The position numbers and the translations under genes are program-made. This document shows, one piece after another, positions 19,800 through 30,582 of a stretch of 64,000 nt of DNA. Under the pieces are notes generated by a model. It ran no database searches and had not been told where the DNA came from. It saw only the letters and a list, made by a program, of their open reading frames with translations. The DNA comes from Bacilli bacterium (GTDB lineage: Bacteria; Bacillota_I; Bacilli_A; RFN20; CAG-826), in NCBI GenBank assembly GCA_035367155.1, contig DAOSJI010000003.1, forward strand, positions 11-64,010, in the 5' to 3' direction. Positions within the stretch are counted from its first letter, which is position 1; every line of letters begins with the position of its first letter.

Positions 19800-20756
19800 A
19801 TGAAAGTAAAGAAACGAAAAGGGTCGCGATTAAGTTATATCTGGGAATTTATAAAAAGTGCTCCCCATGTTTTAAAGTACAAACTTTTTAAAATTGCTCC
19901 AAAGCATAATAAAATTGGAAAATACAAACAAATTACAATGAATGAAAGTATTGTTGTACTTCAAACTGAAATTCAACGAGGAAAACCTTTCGCAGCTATT
20001 CGTTTTGGTGGCACAGAGATAAGTGCGTTTAATGGTTATGAAAAAAAACGTTTCGGTTTTGCACGGAAATATAGTAAAAATGTTAGGTATGCGCTTAAAA
20101 ATAATGGGGGCTTTTTTCCAACTGACGATGAAAACATCGATAACTATGGCGAGTATTTGTTAGATATTTTAAGTGGTACTACATTACTTGGGATAAGTGG
20201 TTTACACATGGAAAATTATTTTTTCAAATACTATTGTCCAAGCGCAAAACCTGTTCAAAATTGGGCATTTGATCCAATATTAGGAAGGTGGTCTCATCTT
20301 TTAGAAGGTAAACGAGTACTAGTTATTTCTCCTCTTGCTGAACAAATTGAAGAACAATATAAGAAAAGAAAATTGTTATTCGGTGAAGATAGCAATATAC
20401 TGCCTGAATTTACACTAATTACAATAAAAGCAGTACAAACAATTGCTAAGGAAACTGATGAAAGATTTAGTAATTGGTTTGAAGCGCTTGATTATATGAA
20501 AGTTCAAATATTAAAACATGAGTTTGATATTGCGCTCGTTGGAGCAGGAGCATATGGAACGCCTTTATGCTTATTTATTAATTCATTAAATAAACAAGCA
20601 ATACAAAGTGGTGGCGCAACACAATTGTTATTTGGTATCATTGGAAAAAGATGGGAAAAAAGAGACTACGTTAGTAGATATATAAATGAACATTGGCAAA
20701 GACCAAACTTAAAGCCGAAAGGAGCACATAATGTCGAAAATGGATGCTACTGGTAA
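19800..20756 (+). CDS. Putative GT-D-type glycosyltransferase (DUF1792-like)
   Basis: The AAIRFGGTEIS segment resembles the DUF1792 (R/S)FGDGE region. An acidic DxE-like PTDDENID segment is present. It overlaps the downstream Wzy-like gene, indicating a glycan operon. Family assignment is from memory and tentative. Confidence 0.4.
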   Translation: MKVKKRKGSRLSYIWEFIKSAPHVLKYKLFKIAPKHNKIGKYKQITMNESIVVLQTEIQRGKPFAAIRFGGTEISAFNGYEKKRFGFARKYSKNVRYALKNNGGFFPTDDENIDNYGEYLLDILSGTTLLGISGLHMENYFFKYYCPSAKPVQNWAFDPILGRWSHLLEGKRVLVISPLAEQIEEQYKKRKLLFGEDSNILPEFTLITIKAVQTIAKETDERFSNWFEALDYMKVQILKHEFDIALVGAGAYGTPLCLFINSLNKQAIQSGGATQLLFGIIGKRWEKRDYVSRYINEHWQRPNLKPKGAHNVENGCYW

Positions 20757-22242
20757 AAAACCAGTAATTGATAAAGAAAAATATGAAGCAAATATTAAAT
20801 TAGTAATTCTTTTTGTTTCCTTAGAGTTATTAGCATTTGTAGCAATGAACTTAGGAAATTATATGATTATTTTTAATATCATTTCAATTTTGCTAGTTTT
20901 AGCATCATTACCTATATTAATAAAAATACTTAAAGTGGAACAAAATTTTGAATTATTGATTTATGCGATTCCCTTATTATTTTATTTTCTTCTTATTTTA
21001 TTAGGACCGACTTATAAAGTTGCCCCAGAAAATTTGGGTCAACACCCCGATTACATTTTCATGGGGCGTTCTATTTTTAAACTGCTTGAGTCTATTGGAG
21101 GATTAATTAGTTTCTTCTTACTTGCCTATATAATTAGAAGAACTGACGGGTTTAAACATAAATATGTACCATATATGATCTTAGGAGGATTTGCACTATT
21201 AGTGTCTGTTTCTCTAATAGCTACACTTTATAATTACGGTGCATTTTACCGCTTAATTTATCAAAATATGCTTAATTATTATGCTGGAAAACCATATTTA
21301 GTTGCCAAACAATCATCTTATTTGCTCGGCTTTAATATAGCAACAGTTGATTCAAAAGCTTTAGTTAATATTGCTTTGTTCTTAGCATCTTCTTTAGTTA
21401 CTCTACTATTTATAAAAGAGAAAAATAATCGAAAACAAATATTAATTTTAAGTGGTTTAGGATTAATTGGTATATTGACAATAGCTTTATTACCAGATTT
21501 CACCGCGTTGGTCTTTTTAATACCTTCTTTTGCTTTTGCTCTTTTATATAAATATGATCAGTTGAAAACGAAGTGGTTTAAAATTACAGCACTTTCTATA
21601 CTAGGGTTAGTAGGTCTTTCGATAATTGTTGGTTTATTCTGCGCGTTTGGTAATCAAACGGTTATTAATTTATTATCAAGCAATGGGTTTACTCGCAAGA
21701 TATTTTTAAATAGCAAAGTCTTAGTTTATTATCAAGTGATAAGAGATTCATTTGTTAAGGGTGCTTTTTTTGGAGTTCCATTCACCTATCCTGTAAATGA
21801 ATTTCCTCTTTCTACTGGTATAACAGTTAAAGATGCATTTCCTACTGGAAACTTCTTAATGGATGCATTAAGAGAAGTAGGTTGGATTGGGTTTCTTAGC
21901 TTACTAATCTTTGTTGTTTTTTCAGTAAAAGTTGTTATTAATTACTTAGATAAAAGTGAAGATCCAAAACATATTAAAACACTATTTGTTTCTTTATTAA
22001 TTATGATTTTTGTGCGTTATTTCTTTTTTTATCCACACGCGTTATACTCATTTACTAGTGAGTTTTGGAGTATTAATTATTTCCCATTGATTGAATCACA
22101 TGTTTTTACAATTGTGATTTTCTTATTGGGCTACATGTATTTACCAAACTCAATTTTTAAACAAAACAAGTTACCCTTAAAAGAAGAAAATAAACATAAC
22201 GATAAGAAGGAGGAAGTTTACGAATGGCAAGAAATAAAATAA
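20731..22242 (+). CDS. O-antigen ligase/polymerase-like (Wzy_C-type) polytopic membrane protein
   Basis: About 12 TM segments. Late-loop motif GNFLMDALREVGWIGFLSLLIF, comparable with HN.yLe.lae.G..G of the Wzy_C family with H replaced by G. Cytoplasmic charged tail. Confidence 0.5.
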   Translation: MSKMDATGKKPVIDKEKYEANIKLVILFVSLELLAFVAMNLGNYMIIFNIISILLVLASLPILIKILKVEQNFELLIYAIPLLFYFLLILLGPTYKVAPENLGQHPDYIFMGRSIFKLLESIGGLISFFLLAYIIRRTDGFKHKYVPYMILGGFALLVSVSLIATLYNYGAFYRLIYQNMLNYYAGKPYLVAKQSSYLLGFNIATVDSKALVNIALFLASSLVTLLFIKEKNNRKQILILSGLGLIGILTIALLPDFTALVFLIPSFAFALLYKYDQLKTKWFKITALSILGLVGLSIIVGLFCAFGNQTVINLLSSNGFTRKIFLNSKVLVYYQVIRDSFVKGAFFGVPFTYPVNEFPLSTGITVKDAFPTGNFLMDALREVGWIGFLSLLIFVVFSVKVVINYLDKSEDPKHIKTLFVSLLIMIFVRYFFFYPHALYSFTSEFWSINYFPLIESHVFTIVIFLLGYMYLPNSIFKQNKLPLKEENKHNDKKEEVYEWQEIK

Positions 22243-23171
22243 AAAGAGTTTCAACAATACTCTTTCTAGTCTTTTTCCTTACTGGTTGTAAAGATGCAGT
22301 TAATGAAGTATTTAATCAAGGTCAATACACGGATAGTGATTTTTTGGCCAATTATTATTCCTATTATCCAGAAGAGTTAAGAAAAAATGTATATTCTACT
22401 AATGAAACAATAATTGATATTGATGTAAGCGATAAGACTTATTCGTTTTTAGGCGGTGAAGCTAAAGAAAAAGCTTTAATTCCAGATTATCAAGAGGGTT
22501 TAATTTCTAAAAAAGAACTTAAAGAAAAATTTGGTATAGATTTAGATGAAAACACTGTAGAAGAAGTGCTTAACAATCAATTACAAAGAGTAAGTTGGTA
22601 TGACTATTCAAAATATTACAATCTTTCTGATAGTAACTACGGCGATAGTAAAATAAATGATTCCTTCAAACGAGGTTATTTTTCAAAAATGACTGATGGT
22701 CTAATTAATTGTTTTGGATTTGGCGCGATCGCTAGAATTCAAACTGATGAAAACGGCTTTGGTGTTCTATTTAAACATGAACTCGTTGAATACACTTCCT
22801 TTTTTGTTTCCTTAAGAGGTGCTACCAATATTGATGAGGGACCAACTTATAATAGTGATCTAGAATTTAGAGTATCTTTTTACATTGAAGAAAGCGCAAG
22901 TATGCAACCATCAAAAGTTACTTTTAAAATGGATTTAAATGAAATTTATACAGATGGAAGCGGGAATTCTAATGTTATTTACTTTAGATTAAAAGATGTT
23001 TTAACCCAACAACAACTCCCCCTATTGAAAAGAACCACCGGTTTCTCCTTTAGTTTTACTCTTAAGGAACATGTGCTCCTTTGCCCAGGTGGTGTTGTTA
23101 ATACGGATACTGATTATAAATTTGCATTAATGCTTTATGAATTAATGCTTCCACATTCAAAGTGGCGTTAA
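22224..23171 (+). CDS. Lipoprotein of unknown function
   Basis: Signal peptide with lipobox FLVFFLTGC (Cys22). Its start overlaps the end of the Wzy-like gene. Confidence 0.6.
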   Translation: MARNKIKRVSTILFLVFFLTGCKDAVNEVFNQGQYTDSDFLANYYSYYPEELRKNVYSTNETIIDIDVSDKTYSFLGGEAKEKALIPDYQEGLISKKELKEKFGIDLDENTVEEVLNNQLQRVSWYDYSKYYNLSDSNYGDSKINDSFKRGYFSKMTDGLINCFGFGAIARIQTDENGFGVLFKHELVEYTSFFVSLRGATNIDEGPTYNSDLEFRVSFYIEESASMQPSKVTFKMDLNEIYTDGSGNSNVIYFRLKDVLTQQQLPLLKRTTGFSFSFTLKEHVLLCPGGVVNTDTDYKFALMLYELMLPHSKWR

Positions 23172-24064
23172 GGAAGCGTTAACCATTTACCCATTAAGAA
23201 ATCATAACTATCATCATCAAGAATTAATGTTCCTTTAGCAGGAGTAAATGTTAACTCATTAAAATATATTTTTTTACCGACTAAATATAAGTCAACTCTA
23301 ACAAAAGGAAAGTCTTTTCCTAAAATGGCTGCAATTTGCGCCATTTTTTCAAATTGAGCTGGTTTTTGTAAAGGATAGTCGGTTTTTGTCCAGTGATTAA
23401 ACTGAGCACCATCAAAGGGTTCAAAGTTCATATCTAGATTATTATAACGAATATCTTGTCCTCTTCCCGTTACTACATATAAGTATCGCGGAGTTCCGTT
23501 AAAGACATTAAATTTATATTCAGTTGGAAGAGAAGTTTCCGTTCCAACATAATGCTCGATGATAAGTTGAGGTTTAATTTTACTATAGTGAAGCTCAACA
23601 GTTTTTTTACCATAGTCAGTTCTAAGCCAGCGACGACATTTCTTTTCAAGTTCTTTCTTATCAAGCTTACTTTTGTCTTTGCAAATATAGTTAAAAGCAC
23701 AAGCATGAGTAGCTTTAATAACAAATTGATTAGGTACTTTATCCCACTCAATTTCTTTAAAAGAGTCATAAATTCCAACAATTGGAACAAGGAGTTCCTC
23801 TAAGCCTTTTTCTTTAACAAATTCTCTTGCCCCAACTCTTCCAGCAGCCCAACTGACTTTATCATCGTAGGGATAAATATCAAGACGTAATTTTTGTAGT
23901 TTTTCGGTAAAGCGCTCTAGGTTTACCCAATCTAGCTTATGTCCTGTAATATAGCGATATTGAAGCGAAACATAAGCGCGTTTATTAAAAACACGCAAAA
24001 GTGGTTGAATACTTTTTGCAATAAATCGTTTTAACTTGTTTTCTTTAAAGTTTTTGTTTGCCAT
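23168..24064 (-). CDS. ATP-grasp fold amidoligase, TupA-like (polysaccharide modification)
   Basis: The 298 aa product has the C-terminal motif KIYFNELTFTPAKGT, resembling the FGE.TF.P..G signature of TupA-like ATP-grasp proteins. It is convergent and overlaps the lipoprotein gene stop by 4 nt. Confidence 0.55.
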   Translation of the reverse strand: MANKNFKENKLKRFIAKSIQPLLRVFNKRAYVSLQYRYITGHKLDWVNLERFTEKLQKLRLDIYPYDDKVSWAAGRVGAREFVKEKGLEELLVPIVGIYDSFKEIEWDKVPNQFVIKATHACAFNYICKDKSKLDKKELEKKCRRWLRTDYGKKTVELHYSKIKPQLIIEHYVGTETSLPTEYKFNVFNGTPRYLYVVTGRGQDIRYNNLDMNFEPFDGAQFNHWTKTDYPLQKPAQFEKMAQIAAILGKDFPFVRVDLYLVGKKIYFNELTFTPAKGTLILDDDSYDFLMGKWLTLP

Positions 24065-24138
24065 ATTTTTATCATCTTTAGTATACTTTTACCGTTAATT
24101 AATTGCAATTATATGATAAAGTGAGTAAGAGAACATAA

Positions 24139-24510
24139 ATGAAAGAACAACTAAAGAAAAAAGAAACATGGATAGCAATTATTATTATGGTGCTTGTCGC
24201 TAATGTAGTTGCTTTTGGTTTATATTTTTTAACTGCCTATACAACAATTTTTGGTTCTTTTAATGTAAATTTCCCTTTTGGTGTAGAAATTGTCATCTTA
24301 TTATTTATCATAGTTTATTTTGCTTATGGATTTATTGTTACCGATTTTCGTGAAGCTAGAGTAAGAAGAAAAGAAAAAAACTGGGCGGGTAAACTCAGTG
24401 AAAAAGAAATTGCTCATAAAAGAAAACATAGAACTGCACCCTGGATTAGTTCAGCGATTTTATTAATAGTTGTTATTGTTCTAGAAATCATCTCATTTTT
24501 TGTCAAATAA
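24139..24510 (+). CDS. Small membrane protein (three TM helices, basic cytoplasmic loop)
   Basis: 123 aa, hydrophobic segments, no motif. Confidence 0.4.
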   Translation: MKEQLKKKETWIAIIIMVLVANVVAFGLYFLTAYTTIFGSFNVNFPFGVEIVILLFIIVYFAYGFIVTDFREARVRRKEKNWAGKLSEKEIAHKRKHRTAPWISSAILLIVVIVLEIISFFVK

Positions 24511-24594
24511 AAACATTTTAATAATTTATTATTAATAAACACTTTGAATGTATCATTTTGGTAGCGTTTTCACAATGAGAAAAAAAGTTTTTAT

Positions 24595-24623
24595 TTGACT
24601 ATAAAAATAAGTGCTATTATGAT
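24595..24623 (+). promoter_or_regulatory. Sigma-A type promoter of the opp operon
   Basis: TTGACT, a 17-nt spacer, then TATGAT. The RBS AAGGAGG lies 7 nt before the oppA ATG. Confidence 0.5.
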
Positions 24624-24657
24624 ATTTATTGTATAAATTCATAAAAGGAGGCAAATT

Positions 24658-27024
24658 ATGAAAATAAAGCGAAGAAACCTTGCTCTTGCTGTCCTTGCAG
24701 GATCCTTACTTCTTGCAGGATGTGGTAAAGACGATGGTAATTATCAAAAAGTTACCGGTCCTTATTTAACCGGTGAACTAGCTAAATATCATTACAATGG
24801 TTTTGTTGGAATTCCTCTTGCAACACTTAATAGTGTTAAAGACCAAACTGGAAGTAACTCCCAACATATAGCAAACTTCGTTGATGGTTTATTAGAAAAC
24901 GATGAATTTGGTGCTCTTAAATTAGCTTTAGCTGATAGTGCAAGCAAAACACCAGATAGCAAAGAATTTACATTTACCATCAAACCAGGTATTAAGTGGT
25001 TAACAAATACTGGTGAACATTATAGCCCACTAATTAAAGGGGTTTCGACACCACAATATGTTACTGCTGATGACTTTAAAAACTCATTAGAGTTAAACCT
25101 TGATGCAAAGAATGAATCGCAAACTAGTTATATTCCAAGTGTTTTTATTGAAGGAGCTCTTGAATATAACTATTACACAGAAATCATTCAATCAATTAAA
25201 TCAGGAAAACCAGACCGTACTGGTCGCTTTTGGTCAACGAGTACAACTTATGCTGAAGTAGCAGAAGCTATCAGTGCCTACACTGGAGTTGAAGTTTTAG
25301 AAACAGATATTGATGCTGTTAAAAACTTTCAGCGTGTTGGAATTCGTGTTTTTGAAGATGATCCACTTAAGATTCAATTTAGATTAGTTGAATCAATGCC
25401 GTTCTTCCCAACAGCACTAACCTACACATGCTTTTTACCAGTTAACCGTCAATTTATTAAACAAATTGGCTTTAGTAATTTTGGTACTTCAGCAGAAACC
25501 TTCTTATATAATGGTGCTTTTTGGCTTGAACAATGGGATGCTAACAAGGTTGTTTACCGCAAAAACCCTGAATATTGGGATGTTAAAAATGTTCATGTTG
25601 ATACAATGACTTATAACAACTACCCTGATAATGCAGACCCAAATCACATACGTCTTTTATTTGAAAAAGGTGAAGTTGACGCATTTGGTATTAGTGAAAA
25701 CGATACCGAGGGATGGGCAAAATATATTCTTGGACCAGATGGAACTGGAACTAAACAAAACCCCTATCATGATGATGTCTATTCACGTTATGTTGACTCA
25801 ATCGATTTTAACTTCCACTTTATGCTAAATATCGAACGTGATATTACAGGCTGGAATCAAAGACATTCAGTCGTAACTCAAAATGACATTTTAAACTGGA
25901 ATAGATCAACGCAATTAAGTAGCGTTAGACAATTATTTTTAAAAGGTATCGACCAAAAAACTTATAATGTCCAACGTTTTACAAGTGATGCAGATTCATC
26001 ACAAACACAAACCTTTACAATGAGAGGCTTTGTTGTAGATGATGTAAACCGACGCGACTATATTGAATATGTTTATGAAGCATTTGCAGATAAGTTTGGT
26101 CTTACTTATCAACAAGCAAGTGATATTTTAGCCCCAGGTCAAACAGACTATAACGGCTATACAAACCTTGCTTTTGATCAAGTACAAGACTTAGCAGCTC
26201 AAGCATTAGAAGATATTCAACTTTATAACTCTACAGTTGGAGCAGCAAATCCAATTACTTTCCCAATTAAATCCGAGTATTTATCAACTAACGATGCTAC
26301 TTACTATAAGAAGGATCAAATTTGGGTTCGTGATGCAAACGAAAGAATGAACGGCTGTACGATTCATGATCGTTTAGTTACTGATGAGTTACCACTTTGT
26401 CAAAACAAACAATATCCATATTTTGAAATCGTCGTTGCTGGTCCAGATCAAATTGCTTCAAGTAGTGACTACATTAAATTAAGTGATGCACATCAATATG
26501 GTATTCATATTATGGGTTGGGCACCTGACTATGGTGATCCACTTACATACTTAAATTGCTATACAAGCAAAGGCGAAATGAGTGCTTATTCAGGTACTCT
26601 AAATCATCCTGACCGCGTTGGTTATCATAATGTTGATGGTGTTTTAGTTGCAGATAGCCAAATGGGCGATGATGGTGTTGAACGCTTTGGTGTTACGGCA
26701 AAATATGATTATTTAGTAAATAAAGCTAAAAATGAACATAGCGACACCGCGGTTCGTTACGAACTCTTTGCTGAAGCAGAAGTACATCTTTTAACTGACC
26801 TAAGCTTAATTCGTTCGATTTATAACCAGGGTCAAGGTTGGTTTGTCAGTGTATCGCGTTTAATTGGTTATGAAACACCAAACGCTTCATATGGCTTATC
26901 TAGCAATAAAATGAAAGGTGTATGGGTTTTAAAAGAAACCGTAAATGCTGCAACACGTCGTAGTTTAAAACAACAATACGATACTGCTAAAGCAAACGCA
27001 CCTAGAACAACTATTTTTGACTAA
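24658..27024 (+). CDS. oppA: Oligopeptide ABC transporter substrate-binding lipoprotein (large Mollicutes-type OppA)
   Basis: Lipobox LLLAGCG. At 788 aa it is a family-5 SBP-like protein. It is followed by oppBCDF. Confidence 0.75.
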   Translation: MKIKRRNLALAVLAGSLLLAGCGKDDGNYQKVTGPYLTGELAKYHYNGFVGIPLATLNSVKDQTGSNSQHIANFVDGLLENDEFGALKLALADSASKTPDSKEFTFTIKPGIKWLTNTGEHYSPLIKGVSTPQYVTADDFKNSLELNLDAKNESQTSYIPSVFIEGALEYNYYTEIIQSIKSGKPDRTGRFWSTSTTYAEVAEAISAYTGVEVLETDIDAVKNFQRVGIRVFEDDPLKIQFRLVESMPFFPTALTYTCFLPVNRQFIKQIGFSNFGTSAETFLYNGAFWLEQWDANKVVYRKNPEYWDVKNVHVDTMTYNNYPDNADPNHIRLLFEKGEVDAFGISENDTEGWAKYILGPDGTGTKQNPYHDDVYSRYVDSIDFNFHFMLNIERDITGWNQRHSVVTQNDILNWNRSTQLSSVRQLFLKGIDQKTYNVQRFTSDADSSQTQTFTMRGFVVDDVNRRDYIEYVYEAFADKFGLTYQQASDILAPGQTDYNGYTNLAFDQVQDLAAQALEDIQLYNSTVGAANPITFPIKSEYLSTNDATYYKKDQIWVRDANERMNGCTIHDRLVTDELPLCQNKQYPYFEIVVAGPDQIASSSDYIKLSDAHQYGIHIMGWAPDYGDPLTYLNCYTSKGEMSAYSGTLNHPDRVGYHNVDGVLVADSQMGDDGVERFGVTAKYDYLVNKAKNEHSDTAVRYELFAEAEVHLLTDLSLIRSIYNQGQGWFVSVSRLIGYETPNASYGLSSNKMKGVWVLKETVNAATRRSLKQQYDTAKANAPRTTIFD

Positions 27025-27055
27025 TTAGACAATTAGTTAATAAACTTAATATCTT

Positions 27056-27084
27056 GAAAGGTTAGGTTTCCTAACCTTTCTTGG
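27056..27084 (+). terminator. Intra-operon stem-loop (partial terminator/attenuator) between oppA and oppB
   Basis: GAAAGGTTAGGTTTCCTAACCTTTCTTGG forms an 11-bp perfect stem followed by a T-rich tail. Confidence 0.5.
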
Positions 27085-27149
27085 TATTATAATTTATTGA
27101 ATAATGAGTTTACTCATTATATAATTTTAAGAAAGAGGAAGGAGTATTT

Positions 27150-28328
27150 ATGGCTATATATCTAATTGGATATACAGTGATCATCCTAGTAGTATGTTTC
27201 TTTACTTTTGTAATGCTAGTTGGCTATGGCGTTATTTTTAAAAACAACCAAAAAATAAAGAACATCTTTGGACGTCCTCTTTTAGTATATTCAGTTCGTC
27301 GAATTATTAGTGCGCTTGTTTCGGTTGTGCTTGCAATCACTGCGACTTATTTATTAATTAGGCTGCAAGATTCAAATGAACTTTGCAAAAACGCTATTAA
27401 AAACTGGGACAAATTAACAGCACCTATTCGCGAACAACGCTGTGAAAACTTAAAAGCTGAACTTGGTTTATCTGGTAGCGTCATTAAGAGCTTATTAAAA
27501 TATTATTACCAAGTTTTACCTTTTCCAAAAACTATTTGTCGCGTTGATGTAATTGAAGATGGTCTAACAACGATTGTTCAATCAAGAGAATGCCGCAATT
27601 TTATTATGGATTTAGGCAAAATCTACTTTATGGGTAGCGGTCTTAACGGACAATATGTTATTGATGTTATCTTAAAAGATAAAATGATGATTTCCTTTAA
27701 AATTGGTATTCTTGCCTCGGCTCTCCAACTTGCCTTAGGTTATCCAATGGGAATCATTATGGCTAAATATAAAGACGGCTGGTTTGATCGCCTCGGCAAG
27801 ACATATATTATTACGATTGATGCAATTCCGGGTGTTGCATATTACTACATCTGGATGTCAATTTTAGTTTTTGCGCTTGGGTTACCTTATCAATATCGAG
27901 AAGAAAATTTCTTAAGTTGGTTACCTGCAATTTTAACAATGGGCTTTACAGGTATGGCAGGTATTGCTTTATGGGTAAGGCGTTATATGTTAAATGAGTT
28001 TACAGCAGATTATGTTAAATTTGCTCGAGCTAAAGGGTTAAGTGAGAACAGAATCATGTATGTTCATGTTCTTCGTAATGCTGTCGTTCCTTTAGTTCGT
28101 TCGATTCCTGCAGCGATTTTAGGTTCACTTCTTGGAACCTTTTATATTGAAAAGATTTACGGCATTCCTGGGTTAGGTGGCTTTTTAGTGCAAGCTAACG
28201 CGATGCATGATATATATGCAATTCAGGGGATTGTCGTTATTTCAGCATTAATTTCAATTATTTCATATGTAGCAGGCGATATTGTGACAGCTTTAGTTGA
28301 TCCACGTATCAGCTTTACAACGGAGTAG
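27150..28328 (+). CDS. oppB: Oligopeptide ABC transporter permease
   Basis: Polytopic. ABC permease EAA-like region FARAKGLSENRIMYVHVLRNA. Confidence 0.8.
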   Translation: MAIYLIGYTVIILVVCFFTFVMLVGYGVIFKNNQKIKNIFGRPLLVYSVRRIISALVSVVLAITATYLLIRLQDSNELCKNAIKNWDKLTAPIREQRCENLKAELGLSGSVIKSLLKYYYQVLPFPKTICRVDVIEDGLTTIVQSRECRNFIMDLGKIYFMGSGLNGQYVIDVILKDKMMISFKIGILASALQLALGYPMGIIMAKYKDGWFDRLGKTYIITIDAIPGVAYYYIWMSILVFALGLPYQYREENFLSWLPAILTMGFTGMAGIALWVRRYMLNEFTADYVKFARAKGLSENRIMYVHVLRNAVVPLVRSIPAAILGSLLGTFYIEKIYGIPGLGGFLVQANAMHDIYAIQGIVVISALISIISYVAGDIVTALVDPRISFTTE

Positions 28329-28338
28329 GAGGTAGAAG

Positions 28339-29343
28339 ATGTCAAAACATATTGATACATTAATTCGTCACGACATTGAAGACCTTTTTACAGTTGTCGG
28401 AACAAAAGATGAAGAATTTGAAAAGTTAGATGCGATTCCGTACTCTTATTGGCGTTCAACATTTAAACGGCTTTTTAAGAATCCGATTGCAATTATATGT
28501 ATAGTTTTATTAGTAATCTTACTTTTCTTTACAATTTTTGGACCAATTATGAAGTCTTACCATATTTATGAGCGAGACGGAAATTTATTTGAATATCCTT
28601 ATGGTGATCCACGCTTTTCTGGTGTTCACTATCATGGGCCTAGTAGTGTTTCCTGGTTTGGTATAGGCGGCGCAGGGATGGGCTATTTTGCAGGTCTTGA
28701 CCTTTGGTCGCTTGTATGGGAAGGGACACGCTTTAGTTTAATTCTAGCAACAACTGTAGCCTTAATTGATATTGTTTTAGGTATTGTTATTGGTGCAGCA
28801 TGGGGTTATTTTAGATGGCTTGATCCAATTATGATTGAGATTCGTAATTTTATTAGTAATGTACCATCATTACTACTTTATATTCTTTTAATGAACTTTT
28901 TACCACGTTCATTTTGGACGATTGTTTTTGTACTTTGTTTATTTGGTTGGCTTGGTCTAGCTAGCTTTATTCGTAATCAAATTATTATTATTCGTAACCG
29001 TGAATATAACATTGCTTCACAAACGCTTGGTTCAAGTCCAGTTGCAATGATTACGCATAACTTACTTCCTTATTTAGTTAGTGTAATTGTAACGGTAGTT
29101 TCTACTTCAATTCCTGCTGGAATTAGCGCTGAAGTTGGTTTAGCATTCTTTGGACTATCTTTCCAACCAATGCAACAAGTTACTCTTGGACAAATATTAA
29201 CTTCTGCTACAAGTGATGTTAACTGGACAAAACATCCATATATTCTAATAGCACCTTTAATTGTAATGGTGCCCTTAACAGTAGCATTTTTCTATTTAGG
29301 ACTTGCACTTAGTGATGCAACAGATCCTAAAACGCATCGGTAG
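28339..29343 (+). CDS. oppC: Oligopeptide ABC transporter permease
   Basis: Polytopic permease in operon position with the EAA-like region ASQTLGSSPVAMITHNLLP. Confidence 0.8.
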   Translation: MSKHIDTLIRHDIEDLFTVVGTKDEEFEKLDAIPYSYWRSTFKRLFKNPIAIICIVLLVILLFFTIFGPIMKSYHIYERDGNLFEYPYGDPRFSGVHYHGPSSVSWFGIGGAGMGYFAGLDLWSLVWEGTRFSLILATTVALIDIVLGIVIGAAWGYFRWLDPIMIEIRNFISNVPSLLLYILLMNFLPRSFWTIVFVLCLFGWLGLASFIRNQIIIIRNREYNIASQTLGSSPVAMITHNLLPYLVSVIVTVVSTSIPAGISAEVGLAFFGLSFQPMQQVTLGQILTSATSDVNWTKHPYILIAPLIVMVPLTVAFFYLGLALSDATDPKTHR

Positions 29344-29352
29344 GTAGTAATT

Positions 29353-30582
29353 ATGGCAAAGGAAAAATTAAAAGTTAAAGAAGAACTTCTAGAGCCATCA
29401 ATTAATATTGATGCTCATACTAGCGAAGAAGATTATAACAAAATTAAAAAAGAACTTTATCGCTATGCTGATCCTAATTATTTAGATCATTCTAGTGATG
29501 AAAATAAAGTTCTTAAAGTTAGAAATCTCTCCGTTGGTTTTCTTACGCATGGAAAAAAGATTAATGTCATTAGAAATATTTCTCTAGACGTTATTAAAGG
29601 TGAAACTTTAGCTATTGTTGGAGAATCTGGTTCAGGTAAATCAGTTTTTACTAAAACCTTTACAGGAATGTTAGAAGATAACGGTTTTATTAGTGGCGGA
29701 GAAATTTTATTTAGAAATCCTAAAACAAATGAGTTTGATGATATTTCTAAATATAAATCAAATAAAGATTGGCAAAAGATTCGTGGCCGAAGGATTGCTA
29801 CAATTTTCCAAGACCCAATGACTTCACTTAATCCACTTTTAACAATTGGATTTCAAATTGCAGAAGTCCTGCAAATTCACCACGGATTTAACAAAAAGGA
29901 CGCTAAAGAAGAAGCAATTAAAATTTTAGAACGAGTTCAAATCCCTGATGCGCGAAATCGTTATAACGATTATCCGTATCAATATTCAGGTGGGATGAGA
30001 CAACGTGTTGTTATTGCAATAGCACTAGCCTGTCGACCTGAAATTTTGATTTGTGATGAACCTACAACTGCTCTTGATGTCACAGTTCAATCGCAAATTC
30101 TTCAACTTATTAAAGATTTACAAAAAGAATTTGGTTGGACAACAATCTTTATTACTCATGACCTTGGTGTTGTAGCTAATGTCGCTGATAGAGTAGCAGT
30201 TATGTATGGAGGTCAAGTTGTTGAATATGGCACTTGTGATGAAGTGTTTTATAATCCTGCCCACCCATACACCTGGGCGCTACTTCAAAGTTTACCGCAA
30301 CTTGGTAGCAAAGAAGAGCCGCTTCACCATATTAAAGGTAATCCTCCAACGTTTCTTACTGAAATTGTTGGAGAAGCTTTCGCACCACGAAATGAATTTG
30401 CAATGAATATCGATTTTATAGTTGATCCTCCAATGTTTAAAATTAGCGATACGCACTTTGCAAAAACTTGGCTTTTAGACCCTCGAGCTCCTAAAGTCAA
30501 AAAGCCTAAAGTTATTCGTGAACTTAAAAAGCGTATGGAAATTGCATCAGAGGAGCTAAAAAGGGAGGTTAATACAGAATGA
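29353..30582 (+). CDS. oppD: Oligopeptide ABC transporter ATP-binding protein with N- and C-terminal extensions
   Basis: Walker A GESGSGKS, signature YSGGMRQR and Walker [13 protein letters not shown]. It has a ~60 aa N-terminal extension. Confidence 0.85.
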   Translation: MAKEKLKVKEELLEPSINIDAHTSEEDYNKIKKELYRYADPNYLDHSSDENKVLKVRNLSVGFLTHGKKINVIRNISLDVIKGETLAIVGESGSGKSVFTKTFTGMLEDNGFISGGEILFRNPKTNEFDDISKYKSNKDWQKIRGRRIATIFQDPMTSLNPLLTIGFQIAEVLQIHHGFNKKDAKEEAIKILERVQIPDARNRYNDYPYQYSGGMRQRVVIAIALACRPEILICDEPTTALDVTVQSQILQLIKDLQKEFGWTTIFITHDLGVVANVADRVAVMYGGQVVEYGTCDEVFYNPAHPYTWALLQSLPQLGSKEEPLHHIKGNPPTFLTEIVGEAFAPRNEFAMNIDFIVDPPMFKISDTHFAKTWLLDPRAPKVKKPKVIRELKKRMEIASEELKREVNTE

